A stretch of DNA of 63,964 nucleotides, counting the filler, from Lama guanicoe (taxonomy: Eukaryota): assembly GCA_013239625.1 (NCBI GenBank). It is 80 parts of 78 records of this genome, joined end to end, with 100 filler letters (N's around TTAATTAATTAA, not from the genome) between each part and the next. Parts side by side here need not be neighbours in the genome. Positions count along the whole stretch, not along the records: positions 50,528 to 51,241 come from PNXV01006490.1; positions 51,342 to 52,282 come from PNXV01006491.1; positions 52,383 to 52,884 come from MU054289.1; positions 52,985 to 53,466 come from PNXV01006495.1; positions 53,567 to 54,066 come from PNXV01006496.1; positions 54,167 to 55,101 come from MU054291.1; positions 55,202 to 56,110 come from MU054292.1; positions 56,211 to 56,699 come from PNXV01006505.1; 72 more parts are not named here. One strand, given 5' to 3'. A program made the position numbers and the translations under genes. Positions within the stretch are counted from its first letter, which is position 1. Each line of letters starts with the position of its first letter. Of the stretch, positions 50,528 through 63,964 are shown piece after piece. The notes beneath the pieces are model-generated. The model was not told where the DNA came from. It worked only from the letters and a program-made list of their open reading frames with translations, and ran no database searches.

Positions 50528-51241
50528 TATTCTGTGTTCTACATTCTATATTCTAAATTCTATATTCAGCTTTCTGAATTCTATATTCAATATTCTGTGT
50601 TCTGCATTCCATGTTCAAAATTCTATATTCAGTATTCTGTGTTCTATTTACGAAATTCTGTGTTCTGCATTCCATGTTCTAAATTCTGGGTTCTGTATTC
50701 TCTATTCTATATTCTGTGTTTGCATTCTATATTCTAAATTGAATTCTATATTCAGTATTCTGTATTCTACATTCTAAATTCTGTGTTTTGAATTACATGT
50801 TCTCAATTCTGGGTTCTATATTCTTTATTCTATATTCTAGATTTTGTGTTCTTCATTCTATATTCTACAATCTATATTCTGTTTTAGGTATTCTATATTC
50901 TATATTCTGTGTTCTACATTCCATATTTTAAATACTATATTCAGCTTTCTGTATTCTATATTATAAATTCTGTGACTATATTATATATTCTAAATTCTAT
51001 ACTCAGTATTTTTTAATCTATATTCTAAATTCTATGTTCTACATTCCATGATCTAATTACTGAGTTCTACATTCTCTATTCTATATTCTATATTTTGTTT
51101 TCTTCATTCTATATTCTACATTCTATATTCTGCATTCCGTATTCTATATTCTCTTTTCTGTGTTTCACATTCTATATTCTAATTTCTATATGCAGTATTC
51201 TGTAATCTATATTCTAAATTCTGTGTTCTGCATTCTATATT
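50528..51241 (-). repeat. Satellite family D
   Basis: Heptamer periodicity. Confidence 0.92.
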
Positions 51242-51341
51242 NNNNNNNNNNNNNNNNNNNNNNNNNNNNNNNNNNNNNNNNNNNNTTAATTAATTAANNN
51301 NNNNNNNNNNNNNNNNNNNNNNNNNNNNNNNNNNNNNNNNN

Positions 51342-52282
51342 TTTCGTAATGTCTCTCTGCCAGGGAATGTTAGCAGGGATTTCAGGTATTCCCAGTGATA
51401 GAGGCTGCCTCCCCAAGTTCAGGGAATTTATTTTTCGGACTTCCTCCTAAGAGGGAACACCTGTGACTTAACAGGCTGCGTGGAGTTGTCTCACGAGCTC
51501 CCCCACGCACTGATTATGGTTCCGGAATCCTGAGCGTGGGGAGGTTCCATCAATGGTCTGCAGCGCGTGCGTTCTAAGGGAATGCCTAACTTAGTCTTCC
51601 CTGAGTGTTTGGTTAATGTCTGGCTGCCAGGGAATGCTGGGTTTTGCACTGGAATGCCCAGTGTCAGCGGCTGCTTCCCCAAGGTCAGGGAAGCTATTTC
51701 TCGGACTTCCCCCTAACAGGGAACACCTGTGACTGAAGAGAGCTGCGTGGAGATGTCTCTCGACATCCCCCATGCACTGATTATGTTTCCGGAATCCTGA
51801 GCATGTGGAGGTTCCACCAACGGTCGGCAGCACGTACGTTCAAACGTAATGCCTATGCTCGCCTGACTGCCCTGACAGTTTTCCTACTGCCTCTCTGCCA
51901 AGGAATGTTAACGGGGGTTTGAGGAATTCCCAGTGATAGAGGCTGCCTCCCCAAGTTCAGGGAAGTTATTCCGCGGACTTCCCCCTAAGAGGGAACACCT
52001 GTGTCTGAACAGAGCTGCGTGGAGTTGTCTCACGAGCTCCCCCACGCACTGATTATGGTTCCGGAATCCTGAGCGTCGGGAGGTTCCACCAATGGTCTGC
52101 AGCGCGTGCGTTCTAAGGTAATGCCTAAGCTTTTCACCCCTGAGGGTTTTCCTAATATCTCTGTGCCAGGGAATGCTAGGTTGGTTTACAGGAAATCCCA
52201 GAGACAGATTTTGCCTCCCAAAGGTCAGGGAATATATTTCTCGGACTTCCCCCGAACCGGGAACACCTGTGACTGAAGAGAG
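51342..52282 (-). repeat. Satellite family A, ~3.5 monomers
   Basis: ttccggaatcctgagc recurring at ~51520, ~51787 and ~52059. Confidence 0.95.
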
Positions 52283-55200
52283 NNNNNNNNNNNNNNNNNN
52301 NNNNNNNNNNNNNNNNNNNNNNNNNNTTAATTAATTAANNNNNNNNNNNNNNNNNNNNNNNNNNNNNNNNNNNNNNNNNNNNATCTGTAGTGCGTTGTGG
52401 GATGTGGTGGGTCCTATCAAGAGAGCAAACCTACCCGTGGCCCCAATGTGCAAGCAACCACCCTGGCGCGTGCAGTTGAAATTATCGATATGTCCCATGG
52501 CCACACCCAGTGCATCTGCANNNNNNNNNNNNNNNNNNNNNNNNNNNNNNNNNNNNNNNNNNNNNNNNNNNNNNNNNNNNNNNNNNNNNNNNNNNNNNNN
52601 NNNNNNNNNNNNNNNNNNNNNNNNNNNNNNNNNNNNCATTCATAACCTGGCCAGGGGTTTTGATTTGGTTTGAGGCACAGGGTGTGCAACAGCTCTGTGG
52701 TTGCCTTCTTGCACCCGTGCCACAAGGATGAGAGGACAAGGAAGTGTGGTCCAAGACCACAGCGTGAGAAGAGAAAGGATTTCCTTCAGTTTATCTCTCA
52801 AAAACGGATGCTGCATTTTGGATGGCACCGGCACTGTTCGGCAGCGAGGACAGCAAGTTCGGGCTGCGGGATCATTCCAGCAGGNNNNNNNNNNNNNNNN
52901 NNNNNNNNNNNNNNNNNNNNNNNNNNNNTTAATTAATTAANNNNNNNNNNNNNNNNNNNNNNNNNNNNNNNNNNNNNNNNNNNNGCCAGGAGTGTGTGCA
53001 GAACAGAACAGCCTGGGACCCTCAAAAAAAAAAGAGAGAGAGAGAGAGAGAAAGAGAAAGCAACACTGCTGGTGCACATGAAGGAGAAGAGGAGCAATGA
53101 AGCCAGGCCATAGCCGCCATCTCTCTCAGCCCAGAAGGTTTTGCTCAGCACCATTGTTGGCAGGCATATTCTTCTGATAAGAGAGCTGCAGCTCAGCCAT
53201 AGCCATCACAATCACCAGTGCAAAGGTGTAGGCGGGTCTGAAACTTGAATCCATACACAGGGCATCTGCAACTTCCCAGGCAGGACTGAGATTTGATTAC
53301 AACCCCAGGCAGAGGGGGTGGATTTGTTCCACTTGTGCTTTGGTAGACCTGTGCCTCTAAGACAGACAAGTAAAGAGTGGAGTTTTGGTACATGGTGAGA
53401 GTAGAATTGGCAATAAAAGTGGTCCTGTGTACCATGTGTGGATGTGGGGCTAGGGACTGTGCTGACNNNNNNNNNNNNNNNNNNNNNNNNNNNNNNNNNN
53501 NNNNNNNNNNTTAATTAATTAANNNNNNNNNNNNNNNNNNNNNNNNNNNNNNNNNNNNNNNNNNNNAGGGTAATCTTAGATATTTTAATAAGGAGACAGA
53601 AATGCTTTTCACTGGAGACAAATTTCTTTGTTTTCCTAAGACAGATTTACCTATATTTTCTCCTTTCAGCTAGACTCCTTTATGTCTTTTTGTCTTTGTT
53701 GTGTGAGCAAGAAATTTCAGAATGATGTTGGTAAAATGGGGTCATGTGGATTACCCATTCAATACTTAATGTCAAAGCATTTAGCACTTCACTGTTGACT
53801 AATACATGAATTTTGATTAGAAACTGCTGACTTCTACTGTTCTTTTAAAGTGTTAGAAATGTTTGTTGAACTTTACCAAATGACGGATCATCTATCGGAA
53901 GGATTTTTGTTTCCTAATTTGTTCAATGGACATTTTATGCTGTAGACAGATGGCCATCTATTATTTTAACATCTTGCTTTTATTGACCAGAATCAACCCT
54001 ACTGTGGTGTTTATTATCCTCCAGGGCCACCAGGCCATGAGAGTTCTCATAACTACTATTATTTCTNNNNNNNNNNNNNNNNNNNNNNNNNNNNNNNNNN
54101 NNNNNNNNNNTTAATTAATTAANNNNNNNNNNNNNNNNNNNNNNNNNNNNNNNNNNNNNNNNNNNNGCTCAGGTGAAGTAGGCGGACTAGAGATACACGT
54201 TGGGATTCGTCATTCCTAGCTGGTGTTCACAGCCATGCAAGTGGATGAGCTCATCTCAAGAGGTGCAGACTGTGTCTGAGGGGGGGCAGGGCTGTGCCTG
54301 GTTTGGAGGAATGCCCAGACCATGCAGCTTTGCTGTGTGTCAGCAGCATTTGCGATTTTCAGAGCAATGGCATTTATCCTTAAGGTTCTGGGGGGTGGGC
54401 AGGGCCACCCAGGAAGAAATCTGAAGGGAGGGTTGTGGCCACATGTGCGTGTCTTGAGACGATCCAGAGGCTGCAGGGTCCAGGAGGGGAACCTCCTCAG
54501 AAGCTGGAGTCGGAGTGGGGAGTTGAGGGAAGGTAGTCACACTCTCCTGTTAGGAAGGGACGGAGGCATAGGGAGACCGCACCCTAGCGGACTCTCTTTC
54601 CCACGAACAAAAGGCAATCAGACAGAAGATTTGAGGTAAGAAGGGATGGGCGTTGGGAGAGGAGCCAACCTGGAGAACNNNNNNNNNNNNNNNNNNNNNN
54701 NNNNNNNNNNNNNNNNNNNNNNNNNNNNNNNNNNNNNNNNNNNNNNNNNNNNNNNNNNNNNNNNNNNNNNNNNNNNNNNNNNNNNNNNNNNNNNNNNNNN
54801 NNNNNNNNNNNNNNNNNNNNNNNNNNNNNNNNNNNNNNNNNNNNNNNNNNNNNNNNNNNNNNNNNNNNNNNNNNNNNNNNNNNNNNNNNNNNNNNNNNNN
54901 NNNNNNNNNNNNNNNNNNNNNNNGAAGCGGTGGAAACTAGCCAGGCCCCGTGTCAGGTACCAGTCTGCCGCCCTACTTGTGTGTTGCATTCACATCCATG
55001 CCACCCAGGTGGGCGGTGGCAGCCCCGTTTTGCAGATTAGGAAGCCTTCTCTGAGGGGTTAAGGAATTGGTCCGTTTAGCGGCTAGTAAATGCTGTAGCA
55101 GNNNNNNNNNNNNNNNNNNNNNNNNNNNNNNNNNNNNNNNNNNNNTTAATTAATTAANNNNNNNNNNNNNNNNNNNNNNNNNNNNNNNNNNNNNNNNNNN

Positions 55201-56210
55201 NAAGCCTGAGAAACGGTGGAGCAACCCCTTCACATCAGGCAAACCAGAGCAAAACCACATCAAAGCAGGTGGGAAAGGCTGAGGCACAGTTTCACCAGAA
55301 ACCCCACCCCTGGTGTGCACAGACACACTCAGGAGAGAACTCACAACAGGGAACTTCTACCTGAGGTGTGAACGGTTTGTACCCCCGCACTGGGGACTCA
55401 AACTTTGAAGACTGACAACTGAGAGAGAAACCCCCAAAGCATCTGACTTGGAAGACCCTCAGGACACATGGCTGTGAGACCCACTGGGCTCCGGTGAATT
55501 CAGGAACCACTCNNNNNNNNNNNNNNNNNNNNNNNNNNNNNNNNNNNNNNNNNNNNNNNNNNNNNNNNNNNNNNNNNNNNNNNNNNNNNNNNNNNNNNNN
55601 NNNNNNNNNNNNNNNNNNNNNNNNNNNNNNNNNNNNNNNNNNNNNCTCCAGGGGCTGAGGCTGGTGGTGGGTGCCATCCTCCTGCTCTCCCTCTGCCTTA
55701 ATAAAACTGGCAGGTACCATCTCTTTTTTCCCTTCCCTTTGGGTGCCAGCTTTATGCTCCAGCCAGCAGGTGACATCTTCCCCGCTCTCCTTCTGTCTTG
55801 CTGTATTTCTTACTTCATCTTTTCCCATTTCTTCTGCTCCTCTTTATTCAGAAGGTGTCATCTTTGCACTCCCACTGCCTCACTCCAGTCATATTTGCAC
55901 TCTCCCTCTGATAGGCTGCAGAGTGAGAGTATCTCCAAGCAGGGAATGTCTACACACTGGTGACCCAGGTTTTGTGGCTTCCACTCAGGGCATGCTCCTT
56001 GACCACCTGGCTCTGGAGGCCGGGACCGACTGCATGTCTCACACCCATGGATCTGTAATATGTTGGAGAGACACTTCCTGGCAGGCTACCACTTTCAGGC
56101 CTTGCACATTNNNNNNNNNNNNNNNNNNNNNNNNNNNNNNNNNNNNNNNNNNNNTTAATTAATTAANNNNNNNNNNNNNNNNNNNNNNNNNNNNNNNNNN
56201 NNNNNNNNNN

Positions 56211-56699
56211 CTGTTGTCCTGTCTTCTAGGTCACTTATTCATTCCTCTGAATCATCTAGCCTGCTTTGTATAGACTTTAAATCAGCTCTCATCTCAACAA
56301 AGGAGTTTACCAGTTCTACTTGGCTCTTCTTTGTAGCTTCAATTTCGTTTTTGACATATTTTATATCTCTAAACACTATTTCTTTTAGTTCCTTCAGTAC
56401 TTTGATCACTCCATTTTTGAAATCTTGATCTAGCAGGCCATCAACGTCTATTTCTTTGATCGTGCTTTCAGGGGATTTCTCTTCATCTTTTAATTGGGAG
56501 TGGTTCCTCTGCTTCTTCATATTTCTCATATCTCTCTGGCACTGTGGCTTAATGAGTATCAGTTATCTAGTTGTCCTGGAGAAGGAGATGGTGTTAATGA
56601 TTTTATCAAGAGGTATTTGTGTCTTTGCCCTGTTTTGCGAACTCAGCTTTCTGTTTCCAGAGGCCCTCTGTTGGCACCCTCATCTGTGCTGCTCCCAGT
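56211..56699 (-). mobile_element. LINE-1 ORF1 N-terminus (56239-56529, premature stop) plus 5' UTR
   Basis: MKKQRNHSQLKDEEKSPE..DQDFKNGVIKVLKELKE..SIQSRLDDSEE*, typical mammalian L1 ORF1p start. Confidence 0.9.
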
Positions 56700-57693
56700 N
56701 NNNNNNNNNNNNNNNNNNNNNNNNNNNNNNNNNNNNNNNNNNNTTAATTAATTAANNNNNNNNNNNNNNNNNNNNNNNNNNNNNNNNNNNNNNNNNNNNG
56801 GCCTGCCAGACTTGCCCTCAGTTATTATTCAGAGCGCTAGTCTTGTCTTGCTCTCGGAATCTGTGACTCACCACTGCCCACACTTCCGCCCAACGGTAAT
56901 TGTGCAGAACTGACTCACTACAGCCACGTGACATGTTTCAGAAATTACCCTAAAATGTGAGCAAACCAAACTCAAAAGGCTAAGACATTGGAGAAATCAA
57001 TCTGGTATATTTTCAGGAGCGATTATTCAGATCTTGTATTTACCTTCGAAATCAAATAAGTCAACAGTTCAAGCATGTTCCAGTTAATGTTGTTTGACGT
57101 GTCTGCTCTATTTTGTGATGGTCAAGAGAAGACCATGATTAATGCTGTCATGTCTGAAAAATTGCAGTTATATTGTCTCTGTCAATTTTATATTACTGGT
57201 ACATAATATGTTTTACCATCTTAACCATTTGTAAGTGTTAAGTGTATTCAATATTCAAAGTTTATTTATGGTCTCAGAGGGTAACACATGTAACACATTG
57301 ATTTTGGTTGTCTTTGTGGTTTCTCTAAGAACATGGAAAATATACAGAGAGTAAATTTGTTTCTAATAACTTAATTTGACTTTAAAAAATAATGATGAAA
57401 ATTAAAAGAAGGCTCAAGGATTTAAACTGTCATTACAATTTGAATTCCCTTATTAAATAGATCTTTGAATTTGGAAAATACATAGTTTGCAGGAGGAAAT
57501 TTAAAAAAAGAATGACCTCAAATCAAAAGCACAGTTAAAGAACATTTGAGAGTTTAGCCAAGAGAATCTTTGTGTCTTCTCTAAAATTCTTAANNNNNNN
57601 NNNNNNNNNNNNNNNNNNNNNNNNNNNNNNNNNNNNNTTAATTAATTAANNNNNNNNNNNNNNNNNNNNNNNNNNNNNNNNNNNNNNNNNNNN

Positions 57694-58406
57694 TATATTT
57701 TGTGATCTTCATTCTATAATTTAAATTCTATTTTCGGCATTCTGTTCAGTATTCTGTATACAATGTTCTTTATTCTGTGTTCTACATTCTATATTCTGCA
57801 TTCTGTAACCTATATTCTATTTTCAGTATTCTGTATTCTATATTCTAAATTGTGTGTTCTGCATTCCATGTTGTATATTCTGGTTTCTATATTCTGTCTT
57901 CTATATTCTGTGTTCTACATTCTATATTCTTTATTCTATATTCTGTATTCTGTATTCTATGTTATAAATTCTGTGATATACNNNNNNNNNNNNNNNNNNN
58001 NNNNNNNNNNNNNNNNNNNNNNNNNNNNNNNNNNNNNNNNNNNNNNNNNNNNNNNNNNNNNNNNNNNNNNNNNNNNNNNNNNNNNNNNNNNNNNNNNNNN
58101 NNNNNNNNNNNNNNNNNNNNNNNNNNNNNNNNNNNNNNNNNNNNNNNNNNNNNNNNNNNNNNNNNNNNNNNNNNNNNNNNNNNNNNNNNNNNNNNNNNNN
58201 NNNNNNNNNNNNNNNNNNNNNNNNNNNNNNNNNNNNNNNNNNNNNNNNNNNNNNNNNNNNNNNNNNNNNNNNNNNNNNNNNNNNNNNNNNNNNNATTCTA
58301 CGTTATCTGAATTATGTGTTCCACATTCCTTGTTTCAAATTCTGTGTCAAATATAGCCTGTTCTATATTCTACAACTGTGTTCTACATTCTATATTCTAA
58401 AATCTA
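57694..58406 (-). repeat. Satellite family D
   Basis: Heptamer periodicity. Confidence 0.9.
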
Positions 58407-60914
58407 NNNNNNNNNNNNNNNNNNNNNNNNNNNNNNNNNNNNNNNNNNNNTTAATTAATTAANNNNNNNNNNNNNNNNNNNNNNNNNNNNNNNNNNNNNN
58501 NNNNNNCTATACAGTTAGTGTGTCTTTGGGCTCTTTGAGTATTTCAGTTCTTTCATTAATAGTTGCTTCATTTGGGGCAAGTTGCATCATCTCCACATGG
58601 TTCTATTTCCTCATCTGTAAAAGAGATATAATATTACCTTCCCCACAAGGTGATTGTGAGGATTTAGATAAATAGATGTGTTCTGAAGCAATAGTAAGCA
58701 TTTAAAGAATCTTAACTATTATGATTACTTAATACATAATTTAAAAAGTATTATGCAGACAAGACTTTTTAAAAATTCATACTTTTTAAATGGCCTATAT
58801 GTGCTGTATAAGAGAGGAAAGCTTATTATACCTTCTATAATACACTTTTCTCAGCCTTAACTAATTTTCACATTTAATCACACACACACCAAAAAATTAT
58901 TCCTTTCACAAGCATGAAGCCTTAACTGAAGAAAAGGATGATGAAAGAGTGTAGAGGAGGAAATAAAATGCTTTCNNNNNNNNNNNNNNNNNNNNNNNNN
59001 NNNNNNNNNNNNNNNNNNNTTAATTAATTAANNNNNNNNNNNNNNNNNNNNNNNNNNNNNNNNNNNNNNNNNNNNTGTATATTTTAGGCTCTAAGCAACA
59101 TTGTTTTACAAGCAAGATGAATCTTAGGAGACAGAAGACAGGGTTAAATTCAAAAGATCTAATATGGAGTCAGATTTGTTCTGTTCTATTACCCGGGCAG
59201 AGGCCACTTGAGGATTTAAATCCCTTTAAGTTAAAAAAAAAAAAAGTTTAAAGGAATTTACATACATAGGTAGGAATGTGCAAAGCATATCTGGAAAAGC
59301 ACCAAAAGGATAGTAAATAGTTGCATCTCCAGAGAGGGCTGAAAGAAGAGAGGATGAGGGAAAATTTCTTTCACTTGTGTGTTTTTGTGCTCTGTTTGAG
59401 TTTTTTTTTTTTTAACAGTTTCCTTGTATTTCTTTTTCAGTTAAAAAAATGTGTAATGGAGCAAAGGAGTAACTAGTTTAGCAAATACAGCAGCCATGGA
59501 ATCACTGAGTCATCACTTTTGATTTAAGCCAGAAAGCATTTATTGACTCTGTCCAATGTGCTCAGTGCTGTTTTAAGACTTCTTTTATTATTATTATAAC
59601 TATTATTATTATTACTATTATTATTATATGAAATTATAACATGGTATACCTCACCCTGCCCATGGCTGGCGGAAAACCAACTGAGTTTTTATTGAGTTGT
59701 TTTCCAAGGAGTAGAGATGAGTTATAAAAAGAACACATCTTCAGGGCAAAACAGGCGGAGTGCTTTTCCAGCAGGCCAGATAGCTTTGAAGGGTTTTCAA
59801 TAGAGGTACCCAGAAGCTGAGAGACACGGCCTGCAGGACACTACAAGAAGCTGCCCAAACTGCCTTCTCCATGGCACTACTGAAATAGGAAANNNNNNNN
59901 NNNNNNNNNNNNNNNNNNNNNNNNNNNNNNNNNNNNTTAATTAATTAANNNNNNNNNNNNNNNNNNNNNNNNNNNNNNNNNNNNNNNNNNNNAGTCTGCT
60001 CTTTAACAAGCCAACACTCTTCTCATCTTAGAGACCCAAATATGCTGACCTGGCCGTATTCAACTGTGCCCTGTCCTCACTAGCATTCAGCTCAGGCTCT
60101 GAAATTAGTCCAGAGTATGAGCATCCAGGCAAAGGCCCTTTCTCACATTGCTGGGTCAAGTTGGAAGGACCAAATTTCATCCCCTTCACATCTATGCTTG
60201 GGGTTCAACTTTGTGCATTAATTCTACTTGTGGACAAAACACAGTCATTGGCAGACAGGGTTTGGCATTTTTTTTTTTTTTNNNNNNNNNNNNNNNNNNN
60301 NNNNNNNNNNNNNNNNNNNNNNNNNNNNNNNNNNNNNNNNNNNNNNNNNNNNGGGACTTTGGGAAGTTGATGCTGTGTTTTCAAGCTGTCAGTTCTAGTT
60401 CTGTCAGGTATTTTGAAGGAATTGCGTATTCTGGCATGGCCATAACCACAAAGCACGGTGTGAGAGCGTGTCCCTAGAAACAAGAGGACTTACGTGTCTC
60501 TAACACAGATGACATGNNNNNNNNNNNNNNNNNNNNNNNNNNNNNNNNNNNNNNNNNNNNTTAATTAATTAANNNNNNNNNNNNNNNNNNNNNNNNNNNN
60601 NNNNNNNNNNNNNNNNAGAACATGAAATGTTTACAGTTGAACGTTATTTCCACCTGGTCTCTCACTACAGAGCGGAGACAAAGTGGGTAGGATGAGTGCA
60701 ACATCCCAGGCTTTTTTTTAGAATGTGACATTTTATTTGATTAGAGCATCATTAAAGCATTCGGTTGCTCCTCAGAATTCCTCTGAAATATCCAAGCAGG
60801 GAGGCATTTCAGAACAATGAGGCTGAACTGGACCTTCCGGTAGGAGATGCCCCTGAGATTCCAAAACGCTGTGCCCAAATATTTTAGATTAGGGACAGGT
60901 AAATTCTTAGATGC

Positions 60915-61300
60915 TCACTCATCGGTTCGTTCATTTGTTCATTAATTCATTCACTTGCTGAATACCCATCAAGACCCAGACTCCATTTTACATGCTGGGG
61001 GGTCCACGGTGAAGGAGACAGGCCCCTCCTCTCCAGAAGTTTCCAGTTTCTGGTGGTGAAACAGACCGAACTATACAATGATTGTAGTAGTTTTAAGGAC
61101 TTAAATATACACAGACAATGAATATACACAGACAATGGGAACGTGAAAGGGGGACAGTAAGTCTGTCTGAAGATGGTCCAAGAAGCCTTCCTGATGAGGT
61201 TTGAAAGAGAGGGATGAGCAGATATGGCAAGTCTTTTGTGAAAGAATAGATACAGTCAGCAAAACGCAAATTTAAGCAGAGGCGGGCACACAGGGACGTG
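60915..61300 (-). mobile_element. LINE-2 3' fragment
   Basis: (ttca)-rich tail then tgctgggg..agacaggcccctcctctccagaagtttccagtttctggtgg..agccttcctgatgagg. Confidence 0.6.
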
Positions 61301-62030
61301 CTAGGCTGGTCGGCAAAGGACGTGGAGGAGCTTTCGGTGTGTTGCTNNNNNNNNNNNNNNNNNNNNNNNNNNNNNNNNNNNNNNNNNNNNTTAATTAATT
61401 AANNNNNNNNNNNNNNNNNNNNNNNNNNNNNNNNNNNNNNNNNNNNTTTCTACTGCTAAAAAAAAAGTCAAAGTGAAAGAGCTCTGCTTAATTGATATAA
61501 AAAATTAAGAGATTAAAAATTAAGCATTTTTAAAATAAAAACTGAACAAATTGACTTTCAGCATCACATGAAATGGAAAATATTCAATATTAAGATAATA
61601 TTTGATATTGTTTAGTTTAAGTATGTTCTAATTAATATAGACATCTTTAAAGTCATCAATATTAAGTATAATACCTTTACTGTACCTAGGTTTAATGAAT
61701 TTAATGAAAGTCAGATAAAATCCTGTTATATCTGTTGCAGATTTGTCAAAAAAAAAACAATATTAATGTGGTGTGGTAAAATTTTAAGTAAATTAAGTGC
61801 AAATGAGATGAGAGCTTTGGGTAAATATTTTAGATATATTTTTAAAGTGTATGCTTAAGATAATCTCTAAATGTTTGTTACCTGCAAATTCTAGAGTTGT
61901 GCTAAATTAAGTTAAATGATGTGATTTTATNNNNNNNNNNNNNNNNNNNNNNNNNNNNNNNNNNNNNNNNNNNNTTAATTAATTAANNNNNNNNNNNNNN
62001 NNNNNNNNNNNNNNNNNNNNNNNNNNNNNN

Positions 62031-62794
62031 ACCCAGAATTTAGAAATAGAATGCAGAGAATAGAATTTACAATATAGAACACAAAATATTGAATACACAA
62101 ATTAGAATATGAAAGAGGAACAGAGAATATAGAATATCGAAAAGAGAATTTAGAACATGGAAAGCAGAACACAGAATTTAGAATATTGAACACAGAATAC
62201 AGAAAATTGAATTTAGAAAATAGAAGGTAGAACACAGAATATATAATGTAGAATACGGAATGCAGAATATAGAATAAAAATATAGAATGTAGAACACATA
62301 ATATAAAATATAAAATATAGAATCCAGAATTTAGAACATTGAATGCAGAACACAGAATTTAGAATAAGAATACAGAACGCTGAATATAGGATATAGACTA
62401 TAAAATGTAGAACACGGGATATAGAATATAGAATAGAGGATGTAGAACCAGAATTTAGAACATGGAATGGAGAACACAGAATTTAGAATATACAATATGG
62501 AATACTGAATATAGAATTTAGAGTATAGAATATAGAACACAAAATTAAGAATACATAAAATACATAATACGGAATGCAGAATATAGAATAAAGAATATCG
62601 AATTTAGAAAACAGTATATAGAATATGGAAAACAGAATACAGAACCCAGAATTTAGAAATGGAACGCAGAACACATAATGTAGAATATAGAATAAACAAT
62701 ACTAAATATAGATTTAGAATATAGAATCTAAAACACAGAATATAAAATATAGAATACGGAATGCAAAATATAGTATGTAGAATGTACAATGAAA
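62031..62794 (+). repeat. Satellite family D
   Basis: Heptamer periodicity. Confidence 0.92.
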
Positions 62795-63553
62795 NNNNNN
62801 NNNNNNNNNNNNNNNNNNNNNNNNNNNNNNNNNNNNNNTTAATTAATTAANNNNNNNNNNNNNNNNNNNNNNNNNNNNNNNNNNNNNNNNNNNNTTCTGA
62901 CTGGTGTGAGGTGATACTTCATTGTAGTTTTGATTACATTTCTTTGATAATTAGCAATATTGAACATTTTTTCACATGCCTATTGGCCCAGGATGTATTT
63001 TTAAGAGGCAAGTTATAGAGCAGTATTACTAACCTGATCACATTTGTTATTATTAGAAAAATCTTTTAAACTACATCTATATATTATACATATGATATGT
63101 GCTTATGTATGTCTGTGTGTGAATATACACACCACTCACACAAAAGGGGAAAGAGACAGAGACAGAAAGATCTGAGATATATTCCACTTCAAAGTGTTAT
63201 CAGTGCTAATTATTGGAAATTAACGTATGAGATTGGGAATGGAAAGTTTTTTTTAAATTATTGTTGTTTGGTTTGGGCTATAATCTTTATTTTCTCTTTT
63301 GTATTCTTTAAATTTGTTACAACTAGCATGCGTCATTTCTGTTTTTTTAAAAAGAAAAAAATATTCCGATCTCTCCTTTGGGATTGCTGGATCATATGGT
63401 AGGCCTCTTTTTCAATTGTTAAGGAACCTCCATACTGCCCAAACCATGTCTTANNNNNNNNNNNNNNNNNNNNNNNNNNNNNNNNNNNNNNNNNNNNTTA
63501 ATTAATTAANNNNNNNNNNNNNNNNNNNNNNNNNNNNNNNNNNNNNNNNNNNN

Positions 63554-63964
63554 GAAGGTTCTTGCTTTATTATCTAGTCTGCCACTCTATGTCTTTTGAC
63601 TGAAGCATTTAGTCTGTTAACATTTACAGTAATGAATGATAGATGTGTGTTTATTGCCATTTTGAACTTATTTTTGCAGTTGAATTGGTATATCCTCTTT
63701 GTTCCTTTCTTCTTCCTTTTGTGGTTTGGTAACTTTCCTTTGTATTATCATGGATTTTATTTAATTTTTGTGACTCCCTTGTAAATTTTTGACTTGTGGT
63801 TACCCTTTTTTGTAAATCTATTAACCTATACCCGTTTTCAATAAACTGATAATAACATGATCTCAAACCCATCCTACTGTTAAAAAAATTTAAAAAAGAA
63901 AGAAAAAAAATCTATATTTCCCTGCCTCCCTCTCCCACTCTCAGTGATTTGTACATCTTCTTTT
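63554..63964 (-). mobile_element. LINE-1 ORF2 start / inter-ORF region
   Basis: Homologous to 7453-7869. Confidence 0.85.

Overview
This window is not a contiguous locus. It is an artificial concatenation of 80 short (about 0.4-1.3 kb) unplaced scaffolds of a mammalian genome, joined by 79 identical 100-bp spacers (44 N + TTAATTAATTAA + 44 N, stops in all six frames). Adjacency across spacers therefore means nothing biologically. The animal is a placental mammal, most likely a camelid (inferred from L1 3' ends and the absence of Alu, B1, Bov-A and PRE SINEs), and probably male because an HSFY fragment is present. Repeats dominate: a CpG-rich ~267-bp satellite (family A), a CpG-decayed ~266-bp relative (family B), an unrelated ~248-bp satellite (family C), an AT-rich 7-bp-unit satellite (family D), a 16-bp minisatellite, many L1 fragments, an ERV1 pol remnant, and MIR/L2 pieces. 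Recognisable gene-derived pieces are the C-terminal coding end of HSFY, an intact-ORF TMA7 retrocopy inserted in an L1, and the start of the terminal exon of a KRAB-ZNF gene. I see no convincing multi-gene novel system. The best leads are the satellite superfamily A/B (monomer classes, a CENP-B-box-like motif), the HSFY copy, and several unidentified multicopy fragments.
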